From NCBI GenBank assembly GCA_046563655.1, contig JAJCTO010000011.1, positions 918,893 to 938,892 on the forward strand: a stretch of DNA of 20,000 nt, written 5' to 3'. Origin of the DNA: Yuukianura sp. NJ FZ-2021 (Eukaryota). The notes under the pieces are model-generated. The model searched no databases, was not told where the DNA came from, and saw nothing but the letters and a program-made list of their open reading frames with translations. The translations under genes were made by a program, and so were the position numbers. Every line of letters begins with the position of its first letter. The first letter of the stretch is position 1. Shown piece after piece: positions 20,000 through 20,000 of this stretch.

Positions 20000-20000
20000 A

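Larger units (their letters stand above)
14313..20000 (+). mobile_element. BEL/Pao (Belpaoviridae) LTR retrotransposon, 5' part; 3' end lies beyond the window
   Basis: TG...CA LTR followed by a PBS and a single ORF with domain order Gag-PR-RT-RH-IN. BEL/Pao signature motifs are present: triple Cys-His knuckles, FSDAS, KSRVAP, TIPRLEL, NPADLPSRG, WWEGPDWL, WWGGWWERL. Confidence 0.96.

Noticed and set aside
1..20000. Host species and named satellite or element family
   Set aside because: I cannot recognise them reliably from sequence alone; a BLAST, Dfam or Repbase search is needed.

Overview
Eukaryotic (probably invertebrate) heterochromatin-type window with two parts. Bases 1-14312 are a head-to-tail satellite array of about 92 near-identical monomers of 154-158 bp (mostly 155 or 157 bp). 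The monomers are rich in dyad symmetries, and 7-mer/16-mer higher-order duplication is visible near the right edge. At 14313 the array is cut mid-monomer by an apparently intact BEL/Pao (Belpaoviridae) LTR retrotransposon on the + strand. It has a 555-bp 5' LTR (TGTTGAA...TTCAACA), a tRNA primer-binding site, a ~450-nt leader and one uninterrupted gag-pol ORF from 15323 that runs off the window (Gag, three zinc knuckles, protease, RT, RNase H, integrase). The supplied ORF track misses this ORF because it has no stop in the window. The most interesting observations are: a duplicated, covarying CCGG-loop hairpin module in the leader; a match between the satellite's main palindrome and both LTR termini; a speculative, imperfect hammerhead-like motif arrangement in the monomer; and signs that part of the array homogeneity is a consensus artefact.
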